A stretch of DNA of 64,000 nucleotides from Nitrosopumilus sp. (GTDB taxonomy: Archaea > Thermoproteota > Nitrososphaeria > Nitrososphaerales > Nitrosopumilaceae), in NCBI GenBank assembly GCA_965206745.1, contig OZ242220.1, forward strand, positions 288,001-352,000. Reading direction: 5' to 3'. This document shows positions 18,301 to 27,769 of this stretch, one piece after another. The number at the start of each line of letters is the position of its first letter. Position 1 is the stretch's first letter. The position numbers and the translations under genes are program-made. The notes beneath the pieces were generated by a model. The model worked only from the letters and a program-made list of their open reading frames with translations, ran no database searches and was not told the DNA's origin.

Positions 18301-19194
18301 GAAAAATGGACCATGCTGTGGTCCGAGCATGAGACAGTCTCTGTCCCCCCAAACGAGTCGTCTGCAGTTGACGTCACACTGGTGGTCCCTGGGAATCTCC
18401 AGACCGGTGTGTATCAGGGATTTCTAACCTTTCAAAGTGACAACCACACTGCAAATGCGCCTGTCTCTTTTGTAGTCAAGGAACCCGTAATGGAGAATGA
18501 CTCTACAGTCCTGATCAAAGGAACACAGAGTGACGATGTTCTTTATGGAAACGGCTACGTCAAGGGCGCATTTGACATGGCCAATCGGTACATGGCTGGA
18601 GACTGGAGGCAGTATTATTTTGACATTCAAAACGAATCAATCAACACTGCGGCAATCGAGATATCATGGGTCAGCAATGACACCAACCTCTCTGTCTTTG
18701 TAACGGATCCATCTGGGGAGATCATACAGACCAACGTTCCCTCCGGAGTCTTTGGTCATTTTATGGGATGGGTCTCACTTGATTGGCTGGGCGATTCAGT
18801 CTTCAGCCAGGGCGGGGGCTTCTATCCGGTAAAAAATAAGGACGACACCTCGACTGTCCTCTATGTGCCAATTAACCAGACAGGCACCTATACGCTCTTG
18901 GTGCATTCGACTCTATTTGGTGGCGCATCAACTACGGAACCGATCACACTGGCTGCCAAATTCACAAACATCTCCCCACAAATGACTGACTCTTCTGAAT
19001 CTGCTGGTATCGAGATTAAACCAGCTCCAAGGGAATCTGAAACTCCCCCACCTCCGACACCAACCAAGCTTCAAGAACCGATCGCTGTTGCTTCTGACTC
19101 TCAGTTTAATGTGGGAATTGCAGCTGGCATAGCCATCGGATTTGTGATCGGCTTGGTTTTCTTTTTCATCCTTAGACAAAAACCACCTGAATGA
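15397..19194 (+). CDS. Membrane-anchored subtilisin-like S8 serine peptidase
   Basis: IVDTGVD, GHGT, AGNSG and GGTSMAAP catalytic motifs; signal peptide; C-terminal TM; start is 15382 or 15397-15403. Confidence 0.93.
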   Translation: MMMPKVAIFSLMLLFLPMLGISNALIPVDLKSSSDVPNIPLLDSDIVEINPDFFTENNFKRYLIFGSSSQDSSALKTNSIHGIHSDTGFFYVSLLSETLASNLAEQGYHIIEDFKLDFYSSDEQVPDASRIGNVTGSNLAKAKYDSTGNGTVVAIVDTGVDFSNPDIQHSLARDKINHPIMLDPDGQGIVLTNATFFAYIDEDQIIRNYSKPTPSGMTSSVYVSNQGVFLDVSQGGRGIEIEMYNSFFPQLGASVVFNGTLVDDMKIGEDNRDYIQSKSGVYHLGVIYQGAATGGLARIQAVPVLVVDSFTPGVYDTIIPDLSTSWEDYTRYDLEAGERPDYDFDFTDEKPIVLGSGKEFLVYDSDGDGKNDYSAGTIGAQVLDIYGAIRNNSTDIDEHLNALNGTLLPAFDSDGEFFGIMTDFVGHGTSSAASITSRGQETYDIYNNSKRYSITGVAPDAKIVPVKALYFGDTAFGWLWSAGFDNVGHDWKYSGQPRVDIISNSWGISNFPSFNASPGMDILSIILSVLTTPCSLDDDYSGITMVSSAGNSGHGYGTIGLPNASPFGISVGATTNNVFVGHGPFKDQPRFGNTTDHSNHVVDFSSRGPSSIGDPKPDVMSIGAHGFTPSSILKTAKDSKEESFSMFGGTSMAAPLVSGSVAVLIEEMKKQSKNYDSFAIKNILMSTATDLHNDPFTQGSGLVNIETALNYVHGDDGVFIVYNDASYQNIKNVLEPAIEKVNFTSIGFEQFQMPSRSFPMTSWFAGQISPGDRTTATFTIDNPTNDTITVDISPKTLSLISSTQFDGTTDVHQQDSILNDPDTFIPNYIRLSEINNQDGLMSFFNSDDPIPDESSLMILNLNFKFDDFMNGTSDLYADDLKISSLYLYDWTDNNNDTKITSDELSMINRAGSWGTVQELRVSEPNEKFEGVPLVGIYPVPTRYSYWLGDTRQNSTSMDYTVSASHYQKEKWTMLWSEHETVSVPPNESSAVDVTLVVPGNLQTGVYQGFLTFQSDNHTANAPVSFVVKEPVMENDSTVLIKGTQSDDVLYGNGYVKGAFDMANRYMAGDWRQYYFDIQNESINTAAIEISWVSNDTNLSVFVTDPSGEIIQTNVPSGVFGHFMGWVSLDWLGDSVFSQGGGFYPVKNKDDTSTVLYVPINQTGTYTLLVHSTLFGGASTTEPITLAAKFTNISPQMTDSSESAGIEIKPAPRESETPPPPTPTKLQEPIAVASDSQFNVGIAAGIAIGFVIGLVFFFILRQKPPE

Positions 19195-19236
19195 TTGAAC
19201 AAGGTTTATAAGCAATTTGGCGAGAACGACAGCTGA

Positions 19237-19845
19237 ATGTCTGAACTCGGGACAAAAAAGTCTGACGGATTATCACGAAGAGACTTTCTGAAATTGATTG
19301 GTGCTGCAGGCACTGGGTTGGCTTTTGCTCCCTTTGTTCCGTTTGGCAATTTCATGCCAAATCCCAACCAGGCATCCCTTGAAAGGGTCCCGGCACTTTT
19401 ACCTGATTCAAACGTACAAGCCAACATCAACACCTTCCCGGTTAACCATGCCGAGGTGATCACGTATCCTTCAACCGGCGATCCAGCCCTTGACGCTGAA
19501 GCCTTTCGCAAATGGCAACTCATCAGACTTCCTGAGGAACTGGGTGGCGGAAAAAACGATGTCAGTGCTTTTAGGGCATTCAGTATGATCTGCTTGCATT
19601 TGTGGTGTTTGTGGAAGTATTGGCCAGAGGAGGGCAGAAAGAGAGGCGAATGCCCGTGTCATGGCAGCATGTATGATCCAGTGACTGGAACTGCATTTAT
19701 TGGCCCTGCATCGGTGCAGGCTGCGCCATCAAACACCTTGCCTAAATTGACTTTGGATGTGGATCCAGACGGCATGATCTTTATCCTGCCGCCAAAGTTT
19801 AACGCAAATGATAATGGAGTGATTGGATATGGCCGTTTCGCTTGA
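19237..19845 (+). CDS. petC: Rieske [2Fe-2S] protein of complex III (Tat signal)
   Basis: SRRDFLK Tat motif; CLHLWC and CPCHGS boxes. Confidence 0.93.
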   Translation: MSELGTKKSDGLSRRDFLKLIGAAGTGLAFAPFVPFGNFMPNPNQASLERVPALLPDSNVQANINTFPVNHAEVITYPSTGDPALDAEAFRKWQLIRLPEELGGGKNDVSAFRAFSMICLHLWCLWKYWPEEGRKRGECPCHGSMYDPVTGTAFIGPASVQAAPSNTLPKLTLDVDPDGMIFILPPKFNANDNGVIGYGRFA

Positions 19846-21430
19846 GAGAAGAACCGGAGTCGTAGCATTCCTTTACTGGCTCTGGGATGGAGTAGACAGG
19901 ACAATCTTTACTGCAATCAAGTTCTCATTTCCTGCCCGGTTTGTGAGTCCGTTTGGATTTTTGGGAATGCTTACATTTATCGTCTTTATCATCCTTGGCG
20001 TTTCAGGCGCGTTGCTGATGTTTTACTATCAGCCAATACTCGATAGGGCTTGGGACAGCGTCCAATTCATCAACGATGACGTCCCCTTTGGTTTCCATAT
20101 TAGAAACATTCACTATCATGGCTCAAATGCCATGGTACTTTTGGCCGTACTCCACATGTACTATCAGTACTTTAGCGGAAGATACAAAATCAGAAACGAG
20201 GTACTGTGGATGACCGGTGTCATTCTTGGTACTGTTACAATTCTTGAGGCATTCACGGGGTACGATGTCATTTTCAGCGAAAGGGCGGAACTTGCAATTA
20301 GTATTGCGGCATCCCTGACAACCTCCATTCCTGTAGTGGGCCCGACAATTCGTGATGCGGCGTTGGGCAGTGGATTTTCGGACTTTGTACTGAGATTCTA
20401 TGCGCAGCACGTGTTCTTGCTGCCCATTGTCATGCTCGGATTAATGGCAGTGCACTTTCCAAGATTCCTGGTATTTGACGTGCCAATGGTCATGGCAATA
20501 GGCGGCGCCATTTTGATTACGGGAGGCGTCTTCCCAATTGACCTGGGATTCAAGTTTGAACCGTCTGTGGCGCCTGGCGTGACTGTACCCGAATGGTATC
20601 TCACTGGAATCTACGCGTTTATGCGGACACAGTACGACAAATTTGTAACTGGCCTGCTGTGGCCGTTGCTGTTTATCGTATCGTTTGTGCTGATCCCGTT
20701 TATAGACAGGTACAAAAAGTTCTCTTGGAGGGACAGGCCCATAATTACCGCATTTGGAATTACCAGTCTTGCCCAAATCATGGTTACAACATACTGGGGA
20801 TTCTATATCACGCCTGACACTGCGCTTCCTTTGGTGGAGAGGCTGGTAATTGATCCAATATTCTTCTATTCGGTACTGATACTGCTAATGCCGCTGGGCT
20901 TTGGATTTACATACATGATGATAAAGTTGGCAAACGAGGCTGAAAGAAAATCAAAACTTGCAAAAAGCAACGGTCCACAAAAGGTGGCTACAATCAACCT
21001 CTCTGAGAAATGGATTAACTGGTTGTTGGTCGCACTTTTGGCATTCCAGGTGTTCTTAAACATTGCAGCATACAATGCCTCCCTGACAGGAATGAAGAAT
21101 ATCTCGCTGTTCTTTGTGGGAATCATACTGTTGGTGTTTGCAGCATTCTTCCATGTGTACCGATACGCAATGAGCCAGCAAAAGAATGCCCCACCTCCGG
21201 CACCTGTACCAGTAGTTGAGGAAAAGCCAAAGCTGGCAGAGCCTGAGACTTTGGAGCACGGCAAGCTTCCAGATGGCCAAACGGCATCTGATGCAAAACC
21301 TGCCCTGCAGGAATTGGCCCCCGAGGTACCAAAGACACAGGCACCAAAGACACAGGCTGATCTGGGCGTTGGCACAAATAAGGATCCGAACATCGGCTCA
21401 GGTGATCTTGACGGAGTGAAAAAACCATGA
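19829..21430 (+). CDS. petB: Cytochrome b of complex III
   Basis: RNIHYHGSN..H heme ligands; PEWY motif; many TM helices. Confidence 0.93.
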   Translation: MAVSLERRTGVVAFLYWLWDGVDRTIFTAIKFSFPARFVSPFGFLGMLTFIVFIILGVSGALLMFYYQPILDRAWDSVQFINDDVPFGFHIRNIHYHGSNAMVLLAVLHMYYQYFSGRYKIRNEVLWMTGVILGTVTILEAFTGYDVIFSERAELAISIAASLTTSIPVVGPTIRDAALGSGFSDFVLRFYAQHVFLLPIVMLGLMAVHFPRFLVFDVPMVMAIGGAILITGGVFPIDLGFKFEPSVAPGVTVPEWYLTGIYAFMRTQYDKFVTGLLWPLLFIVSFVLIPFIDRYKKFSWRDRPIITAFGITSLAQIMVTTYWGFYITPDTALPLVERLVIDPIFFYSVLILLMPLGFGFTYMMIKLANEAERKSKLAKSNGPQKVATINLSEKWINWLLVALLAFQVFLNIAAYNASLTGMKNISLFFVGIILLVFAAFFHVYRYAMSQQKNAPPPAPVPVVEEKPKLAEPETLEHGKLPDGQTASDAKPALQELAPEVPKTQAPKTQADLGVGTNKDPNIGSGDLDGVKKP

Positions 21431-21888
21431 GTGCACCTGCATCAAGTCATGCATACGGCATTGGAATGCTTGCAGTGATCATTGGAATGTCTGCATCTCT
21501 CATATTTTACACATCATTTTATCTTCCTGAATCTTTGGAAAAACCCACCGTCGCTGATCACATACTGCATCCTGATGGCAGTCTGATGATAGAGATTGTC
21601 CCCGGCGCAGTAACTGAAGGCAATGAGAACTATGTTCCAAACAAGTCTGAAGTGGTGCTGACCATGAATAATCATGTAATATGGACAAACAATGACGACA
21701 CTGCACATACTGTAACACCTGATAAGAAACATGCTGATAGCTACAGTGGAGAATTTGGTTCTCCTGCTGTTATCAAGGCTGGAGAAACCTACGAATTTCT
21801 ATTCACAGAACCACAAGAGGTTCCCTATCATTGTACGCCTCATCCATGGATGACTGGTACGATTGTTGTGGACAAAAGCAGATTCTAG
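21427..21888 (+). CDS. Membrane-anchored blue copper (cupredoxin) protein
   Basis: HTVT and YHCTPHPWMTG type-1 Cu ligands; N-terminal TM. Confidence 0.93.
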   Translation: MSAPASSHAYGIGMLAVIIGMSASLIFYTSFYLPESLEKPTVADHILHPDGSLMIEIVPGAVTEGNENYVPNKSEVVLTMNNHVIWTNNDDTAHTVTPDKKHADSYSGEFGSPAVIKAGETYEFLFTEPQEVPYHCTPHPWMTGTIVVDKSRF

Positions 21889-22235
21889 TTGGAATATTTT
21901 GCAAAGATTATCTGACTTTCAATCTCTTTGTGCTGCTCGATAATTGAGACTCTGAACCTTACTTCGTGCTCCTGCTCTGGCTGAAAACTGATTACTGCGG
22001 TAAACTCTGCCTTGTGCTCCGGCATCACGTCTTTGCTGATAAACAGCCTTGAAACGTTCTGTGATATCTCTTTCCCATTGTATGATCTGTAAATGATGTG
22101 CTCATTTGAGTCTGAAATTGTCGTGTTGATTACTATCCCGTCGTATCTTCCTGGATACGAGACTGTGATGTCCCCTTTGATTTCAGAATCAGGATGAATA
22201 TCCGTTGAATTTAGCCCAAACTCTAAATCTTTCAC
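21885..22235 (-). CDS. Thaumarchaeal hypothetical protein
   Basis: 116-aa ORF, core-like composition, convergent with the cupredoxin gene. Confidence 0.7.
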   Translation of the reverse strand: MKDLEFGLNSTDIHPDSEIKGDITVSYPGRYDGIVINTTISDSNEHIIYRSYNGKEISQNVSRLFISKDVMPEHKAEFTAVISFQPEQEHEVRFRVSIIEQHKEIESQIIFAKYSN

Positions 22236-22453
22236 AAGAACCTGTTTTTAAATCGGAATAATAGTTTTGTCAAGCGTGTTTAAAGGGCTTTGCGGCGTTT
22301 TATTGATCATCTGATCCTAAAGCGGGACATTCCCAGAATTTTAATAAAAATATTTTTTGACTCACAGTACAAGATTTAGTAGGCAACCTCATACTACATT
22401 GTTCAGATATGAATTAAATACAATGAAACGTCAAATTATGGAGAGGAATATGC

Positions 22454-22999
22454 ATGACAACATTAGTTGATAATTTGGGGATAGTTTGTCTCGCAATTGA
22501 TAGCCACACGCCTGATTTGATGATGGGGAGAACCAAATTACAGAAAATGATCTATTTTACCAAATATTTGAATTGGGATATCGAATCGTATCGACTACAT
22601 TTCTATGGGCCATACTCAAACCAAGTCGCAGATTCATTAGTCATTGCGATAAATGATGATTTTGTAAATGAAACAATTCCAAGCAAAGGCCCACACCAGT
22701 ACGCGTTAACTGAAACAGGAAATAGTTTTCTTGGTGGATTCTCGACTGATGTCGCTGACATGAAAAAAGTAAAAAAGACAAGAGAATTATTTAAAAAACT
22801 TGCAGGATATACTAGAGATCAATTAGAATTGGCAGCAACCATAGATTTTGTTAGTAGCAGCACGCCTACGTTAAATAAAAGACAACTTGTTGAAAAAATA
22901 TCAGCCATAAAAGAGAATTTTTCATCAGAAAAAATACAAGACGCATATACAGTTTGGCAAGACATTGATAAACAAATCAAAGCATTACAAGATAACTGA
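22454..22999 (+). CDS. YwgA/SocA-like winged-helix protein
   Basis: GRTKLQKMIYF, YRLHFYGPYS, YALTETG and LELAATI motifs; AT-rich. Confidence 0.7.
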   Translation: MTTLVDNLGIVCLAIDSHTPDLMMGRTKLQKMIYFTKYLNWDIESYRLHFYGPYSNQVADSLVIAINDDFVNETIPSKGPHQYALTETGNSFLGGFSTDVADMKKVKKTRELFKKLAGYTRDQLELAATIDFVSSSTPTLNKRQLVEKISAIKENFSSEKIQDAYTVWQDIDKQIKALQDN

Positions 23000-23196
23000 A
23001 CATTCACACAAATTATCTATCTGTGGTTTGTATGATCATGATGATTCATCGATTCCTTTACGGTTAAGGATGCTTGAAGTCAGAATCATGCAACAAACCA
23101 TTTGCCTGTTCAATGCAGTATACCCATGCCTGTTTCTGCAATTGCCTTCCTGCAATCTGCTTTGCATAAAGTTGGGGATTCTTTGAATGATAAGTA

Positions 23197-23271
23197 TGGG
23201 CCCAAAGGGCTTCGATCCCTTGACTTTTGGATTAGAAGTCCAACACGCTATCCATGCTGCGCCATAGGCCC
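23197..23271 (-). tRNA. tRNA-Arg(TCT)
   Basis: Cloverleaf GGGCCTA...TGGGCCCA; anticodon stem TTGGA/TCCAA, loop CTTCTAA; no intron; CCA not encoded. Confidence 0.96.
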
Positions 23272-23304
23272 AGCAACCTAAAAATTAATTACCATTTTAA
23301 GGGT

Positions 23305-24150
23305 TTACAGCCACTTTTTTTTGAAATTCTCTCTTTCCATTTTGAAAAGAAACTGCTGCGCATATCCTGCATATGCGCCAAAGTAGTCCACAATTTTTTC
23401 ATGAATGACTTCGTATTGTTTTTCAGTAATGGTCTTTGTCTCTAATTGGAATTTGTCTGAATAGTATCTTTCCAATATCCTAATCATCCATCTATCCAAT
23501 GGAAAAGATTCCAATTTGTCTAATGAAAATAACAGGATACAGTCTGCAACCTTGTTTCCTATTCCCGGGATTAGACGCAATTTCTCTTTTGCATCATGGT
23601 AGCTAGATTCCTTCAAGCATTGGAAATCTATTTTTTCTGAGTATGTCATCTTTGCAGCCTCCTTGATGAACTTGGCACGATAACCCACTCTGCAGTCCTT
23701 CAATTCGCTAATTGACGCTTTTGCCAAGATCTCCGGTCTTGGAAATAAAAAAAACTCTTGATTCTCAAATTCAACCCTGTCTCCGAACTTTCTTGATATC
23801 CGCTCCAAACTATTTTTAATTTTTTGAATGTTAGAGTTTGATGAGACGATAAACGAAATCAAGCACTGGAATGGATCCTGCTCCAGCACCCTCAATCCCA
23901 AATACCGCTTTACGGCTTTTCTGGTGACTCTGTCTTTGGAGATCGATCCGATTATCCCCTCCATATCGTCTCTTTTTCTGAAAAAATCCGTCTTCATACC
24001 CTGATATGATTTGAGGCTGCCTGACTTGGATACCCTCAAAATATCCTGTCCATTTACTCCGTACCAGACCCCCTTGTTGTCCTTATTCCAAAGAAATACC
24101 TGGCCGCTATTAATCGAATTTTCGACGTTTATGACAAAGTTATCTTGCAT
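23305..24150 (-). CDS. ogg1: 8-oxoguanine DNA glycosylase (OGG1/HhH-GPD family)
   Basis: SGQVFLW, QDPFQCLISFI, GYRAK, PGIGNKVADCILLF and FPLD motifs; ATG at 24150. Confidence 0.9.
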   Translation of the reverse strand: MQDNFVINVENSINSGQVFLWNKDNKGVWYGVNGQDILRVSKSGSLKSYQGMKTDFFRKRDDMEGIIGSISKDRVTRKAVKRYLGLRVLEQDPFQCLISFIVSSNSNIQKIKNSLERISRKFGDRVEFENQEFFLFPRPEILAKASISELKDCRVGYRAKFIKEAAKMTYSEKIDFQCLKESSYHDAKEKLRLIPGIGNKVADCILLFSLDKLESFPLDRWMIRILERYYSDKFQLETKTITEKQYEVIHEKIVDYFGAYAGYAQQFLFKMERENFKKKWL

Positions 24151-24151
24151 C

Positions 24152-25417
24152 TTAGATGGATATCTCATCGTTGACTGCAGGTGAGAATGTCTCAAAGCCG
24201 AATTTCTCATGAATCTCCCTGGCAAACATCTCGCAGGATTCTGCATCCCCGTGAACGGTACACACTTTTGGATTTCCCTTGATCTGCTTGATCATATCAA
24301 AGAGCTCCTTTCTGTCTGCATGTCCTGAAAATTGAAATTGCCTGACTTGAGCTTTTACGACAAGATCCTTGCCCCTGGTAGAAACCATTCCGGTATCTAG
24401 CAGTTTCTTTCCCGGCGTACCCTCCCCCTGATAGGAAACCAGGGCAATACCGTTCTTGTCATCAAAGGACAACTCTTGCAAATAATACACTGCATTACCG
24501 CCCACTAGCATTCCAGCCGGCGAGATCACAACACAGGGCTCCCCCATTGCCCGTTTTCTTTCTGCATGTTGCCTTATCGCAGTTGCACTTTTAATTGCCT
24601 CGGAAAATATTTTGGGATCTCTGATATACTCTGGATGCTTGAACATTATCTCATTGACTTTTAGTGCCATCCCGTCCATTATGATCTTGTGTTTAAAGTT
24701 TGAACTTCTCAAGATGCATGCAATTTCCTGAGAACGCTCTACAGAGAATGACGGAATAAACAGTATCCCCTTCCTGTCCATCACCTCGTTTGCAAATTCT
24801 ATCAACTCGTTTTCTGATTCCTTTCTTGGTTTCTGTTCTGTCTTTGCATAAGTGCTCTCGGTGATTAGCAGATCAATCTCCCCAATATCCAAATCCATCT
24901 CCCGAAGCATCCTGGAACCGTTTGTCTTGACATCGCCGGTGTAGAAGAGACGCTTCTTCTCTGATTCCACCAGGACTGTACCTCCGCCAATAACGTGTCC
25001 TGACTCCCTTAACTCAAAAGTTGCGTTTCCCTTGGTAACTTTTTCCTTGAATCCGATCTCCTTGGCGTTTCTCATCATGTTGTTTACCTCAGGCAAGTCA
25101 AACGCATGTGAATTTTTTTCAATCTTTAGCATGTCCTCAATCAGTAACTTTGAGAGGTCAAATGTCGGTGGGGTGGCATACACATCCGTATTTCCACTCA
25201 CAAACAGGGATGGGACATTTCCTGAGTGATCTAAATGGGCATGGGTGATAATTATTGCATCCAAGTCCTTTGGCTTTACGTGGAGCGGGTATTTTGGGGG
25301 TGTGCCTCTTCGCCCAAACATTACGCCATAATCAAGTAGCAGCTTGGTACCGCCACAATTGACCAGAAATCCTGATCGGCCTACCTCGTTTGCCGCACCC
25401 AAAACTTTGATATCCAA
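24152..25417 (-). CDS. Metallo-beta-lactamase/beta-CASP ribonuclease (aCPSF2-like)
   Basis: EVGRS, THAHLDHSG, GHVIG, YTGD, ESTY and FSGHAD motifs. Confidence 0.92.
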   Translation of the reverse strand: MDIKVLGAANEVGRSGFLVNCGGTKLLLDYGVMFGRRGTPPKYPLHVKPKDLDAIIITHAHLDHSGNVPSLFVSGNTDVYATPPTFDLSKLLIEDMLKIEKNSHAFDLPEVNNMMRNAKEIGFKEKVTKGNATFELRESGHVIGGGTVLVESEKKRLFYTGDVKTNGSRMLREMDLDIGEIDLLITESTYAKTEQKPRKESENELIEFANEVMDRKGILFIPSFSVERSQEIACILRSSNFKHKIIMDGMALKVNEIMFKHPEYIRDPKIFSEAIKSATAIRQHAERKRAMGEPCVVISPAGMLVGGNAVYYLQELSFDDKNGIALVSYQGEGTPGKKLLDTGMVSTRGKDLVVKAQVRQFQFSGHADRKELFDMIKQIKGNPKVCTVHGDAESCEMFAREIHEKFGFETFSPAVNDEISI

Positions 25418-25530
25418 GAATTAAGATGATTTTTTATCTACGTTAAAACCTTTTTAGAGGCAGTCCGATCATTATACCTGTAGTGGAATCTACAAAAGCT
25501 TTAATTAGTGTAAGCTAAGACTCGATCCTC

Positions 25531-25743
25531 ATGGGAAGAAGTTACGAAGACTGGTTAAAACAGCAAGATCAAGCCGTCGTCGCTAAAACACGTGCCGGCG
25601 ATGAGGCAAACAAACCGCTCCTTAACCAAATTAACTGGATTTGGGTTAGCAATCTGATGAATAAGAAAGCAGACCTTAATCCTTCTTCTGCAGAACTACT
25701 TGACTGGGTAACATCTGGTCAAATAGACGCAATGAGAAAATAA
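25531..25743 (+). CDS. Small thaumarchaeal hypothetical protein
   Basis: 70-aa ORF with TTTAATTA box upstream and T-tract downstream. Confidence 0.75.
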   Translation: MGRSYEDWLKQQDQAVVAKTRAGDEANKPLLNQINWIWVSNLMNKKADLNPSSAELLDWVTSGQIDAMRK

Positions 25744-25885
25744 ACGTGCACAACACGTTATCTTTTTGTTTTTTAATTTCATTAAATGGGGATTCTGCGC
25801 ATGAATTCCTACTCGATCATTTTCATAACAGGGTTATGAATTTGAATCATGGTTTAAATAGGTACCAAGCAATCTAAATGTTGTA

Positions 25886-26188
25886 ATGCCAATAGCAATA
25901 CTACCAGACATTGATGAGCAAAGATGTATCGGATGTGCACTATGTGTAGAAATCTGTACAACTCTTGGTCCCGATGTCCTTAGAGTAAAACCTGTTGAAG
26001 GCTGGAAGAGAGGTAAGGCATTTGTTTTCTACCCAGAAAGATGTATTTCTGATGGTGCATGCATAGGTGTATGTCCAACAAAATCAATCTTTTGGATGAG
26101 ACCAATGAATTACACCGCTGGACAACCAGTACCTCTTCACAAAAACGGTATCTTCATCAAAGGTTGGGCAGAAGACGCCGCCCTATAA
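25886..26188 (+). CDS. 4Fe-4S dicluster-type ferredoxin
   Basis: CIGCALCVEIC and CISDGACIGVCP motifs. Confidence 0.93.
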   Translation: MPIAILPDIDEQRCIGCALCVEICTTLGPDVLRVKPVEGWKRGKAFVFYPERCISDGACIGVCPTKSIFWMRPMNYTAGQPVPLHKNGIFIKGWAEDAAL

Positions 26189-26226
26189 GCAGCATCTTTT
26201 AGCACATTCTTTTTTCTTATTTTTGA

Positions 26227-27756
26227 TTACGCAAGAGATTTCCTCTTGATCCCTTTTGGCAGACTCTTTACAAAATGCCTGATGAACCTGTCTTCCTTAT
26301 CGTAATGTATCTCTGAAAATTTGTTGTTTGCAAAGAAATTATTCCATGTCTCTTCAAATGCGGGAGAGTCCTTTGGTTCAAAGTCTAGTCGGGACGTTTC
26401 ATGATGTGCAGCTGGAAAGATATCGGAGATCTCAATTGGTATTAGCCCTAACAGTGGATTGTATTGGCAGACTTGGAATGATTCAAAGTCCTTGATCCTC
26501 TTTTTTAGTCCGGCGTACTGAGCAGAAAGATATCCTGGCTTTGTACTGGACTCCTTGGTTATGATCACTCTCTCTTTTCCTGATTTGAAATTTCTGACTA
26601 TCTTGTGGAATGACTGAACCTCTGGCCTGTATTGATCCTCTTTGCTGAATAGGAAGATGGCTCTTTCCTTGAATTTCGGAGTGCCCATGCTGAGGAATTC
26701 CTGGTTTTCAGTCATTACTTTGATCATCTCAAATAATTTCGGGTGGGCCCTTGCTTTCTTTATCACATATTCCCACAGTCTTCCCTCATGGATTGCCTGT
26801 CTTACTTTGTCCACCTCCAGTTTAATCGCATACAGGTTATGGATTGCCAGCTCGTTGATCTTTTCGGTAGCCTCCAACTGACTGAACTCCTCAGGGGTGT
26901 ATTTTGAGCATATTTCACAGTTGCATGGGAACACTGAGATATCTGATAAATACCTGGTACCGTCATCTGTGATGTATCTTAGCTGCTTTGCATATAGCAT
27001 GTATGATGCTGAATCAAACGTGTCACAGCCCAGTGCCACTGCAAACGGTATTGTCAGGGGGTGCCCTGCACCAAAAAGATGCAGTGGAATTGAATGCGGC
27101 ATCTGTTTTTTTGCAGCCACTATCATCTGTGCCAACAGCCTGTACTCATAGGATTCCATAAACTCCACCGGACTTCCAAGTGCAAGCATCTGAAAACCCA
27201 TATCCACTAGGCTCTTTGTAGACTTTCCAACCAAATCAAAATGCTCTCCTCCCTGAATGGGCCCAATCCAGATCTGGCCGTTGTCTGCCCTTCCATCAAG
27301 AGTCTCTTTTGAAACTTTCAGCGTATGTTTTACATATTCCTCTGCCTTTTTGATTGGCATTCCATATCCTGTCGGTTTGTCCAACGGAATGGCAAAGTCA
27401 GTCAGAATTCCTTTCTCAAAATTTGCCATCTCCGATGGCGAGACTTTGAGATCCCCGTATTCAAGAACCTGGTATCCTCCAGAGTCTGTCATGACCCCGC
27501 CGTCAAAATCAATTATCCTGTGAATTCCCTTCTCAATGGCATCATCCCCATAGCTGTTTCTTGTTATGTACGCATTAGTAATTACCAAATCAAAACCCAT
27601 CTCTCGGATTTTTTTAGACGGAATTGTCTGCTTGACAGGATGAATGACAGGAACATATGCTGGGGTTTGAATCTTGCCGTGATTGGTATAAAGCGTGCCG
27701 ATTCTTCCAGCCAAATCCGTTTTTGAGATCTCAAACAAGTAACTAACCAAATTCAA
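26227..27756 (-). CDS. tgtA: Archaeosine tRNA-guanine(15) transglycosylase
   Basis: TDSGGYQ, PIQGG, HLFGAGHP, DTFDSASY and CNCEIC motifs. Confidence 0.95.
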   Translation of the reverse strand: MNLVSYLFEISKTDLAGRIGTLYTNHGKIQTPAYVPVIHPVKQTIPSKKIREMGFDLVITNAYITRNSYGDDAIEKGIHRIIDFDGGVMTDSGGYQVLEYGDLKVSPSEMANFEKGILTDFAIPLDKPTGYGMPIKKAEEYVKHTLKVSKETLDGRADNGQIWIGPIQGGEHFDLVGKSTKSLVDMGFQMLALGSPVEFMESYEYRLLAQMIVAAKKQMPHSIPLHLFGAGHPLTIPFAVALGCDTFDSASYMLYAKQLRYITDDGTRYLSDISVFPCNCEICSKYTPEEFSQLEATEKINELAIHNLYAIKLEVDKVRQAIHEGRLWEYVIKKARAHPKLFEMIKVMTENQEFLSMGTPKFKERAIFLFSKEDQYRPEVQSFHKIVRNFKSGKERVIITKESSTKPGYLSAQYAGLKKRIKDFESFQVCQYNPLLGLIPIEISDIFPAAHHETSRLDFEPKDSPAFEETWNNFFANNKFSEIHYDKEDRFIRHFVKSLPKGIKRKSLA

Positions 27757-27769
27757 AGGCGCTATTTAA

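Noticed and set aside
22282-22290. AAAGGGCTT matching the tRNA-Arg 3' arm as a possible att site
   Set aside because: Only 9 bp; compatible with chance.
22965-23445. ORFs 22965-23186 and 23254-23445
   Set aside because: They overlap real genes or the tRNA and have no motifs.
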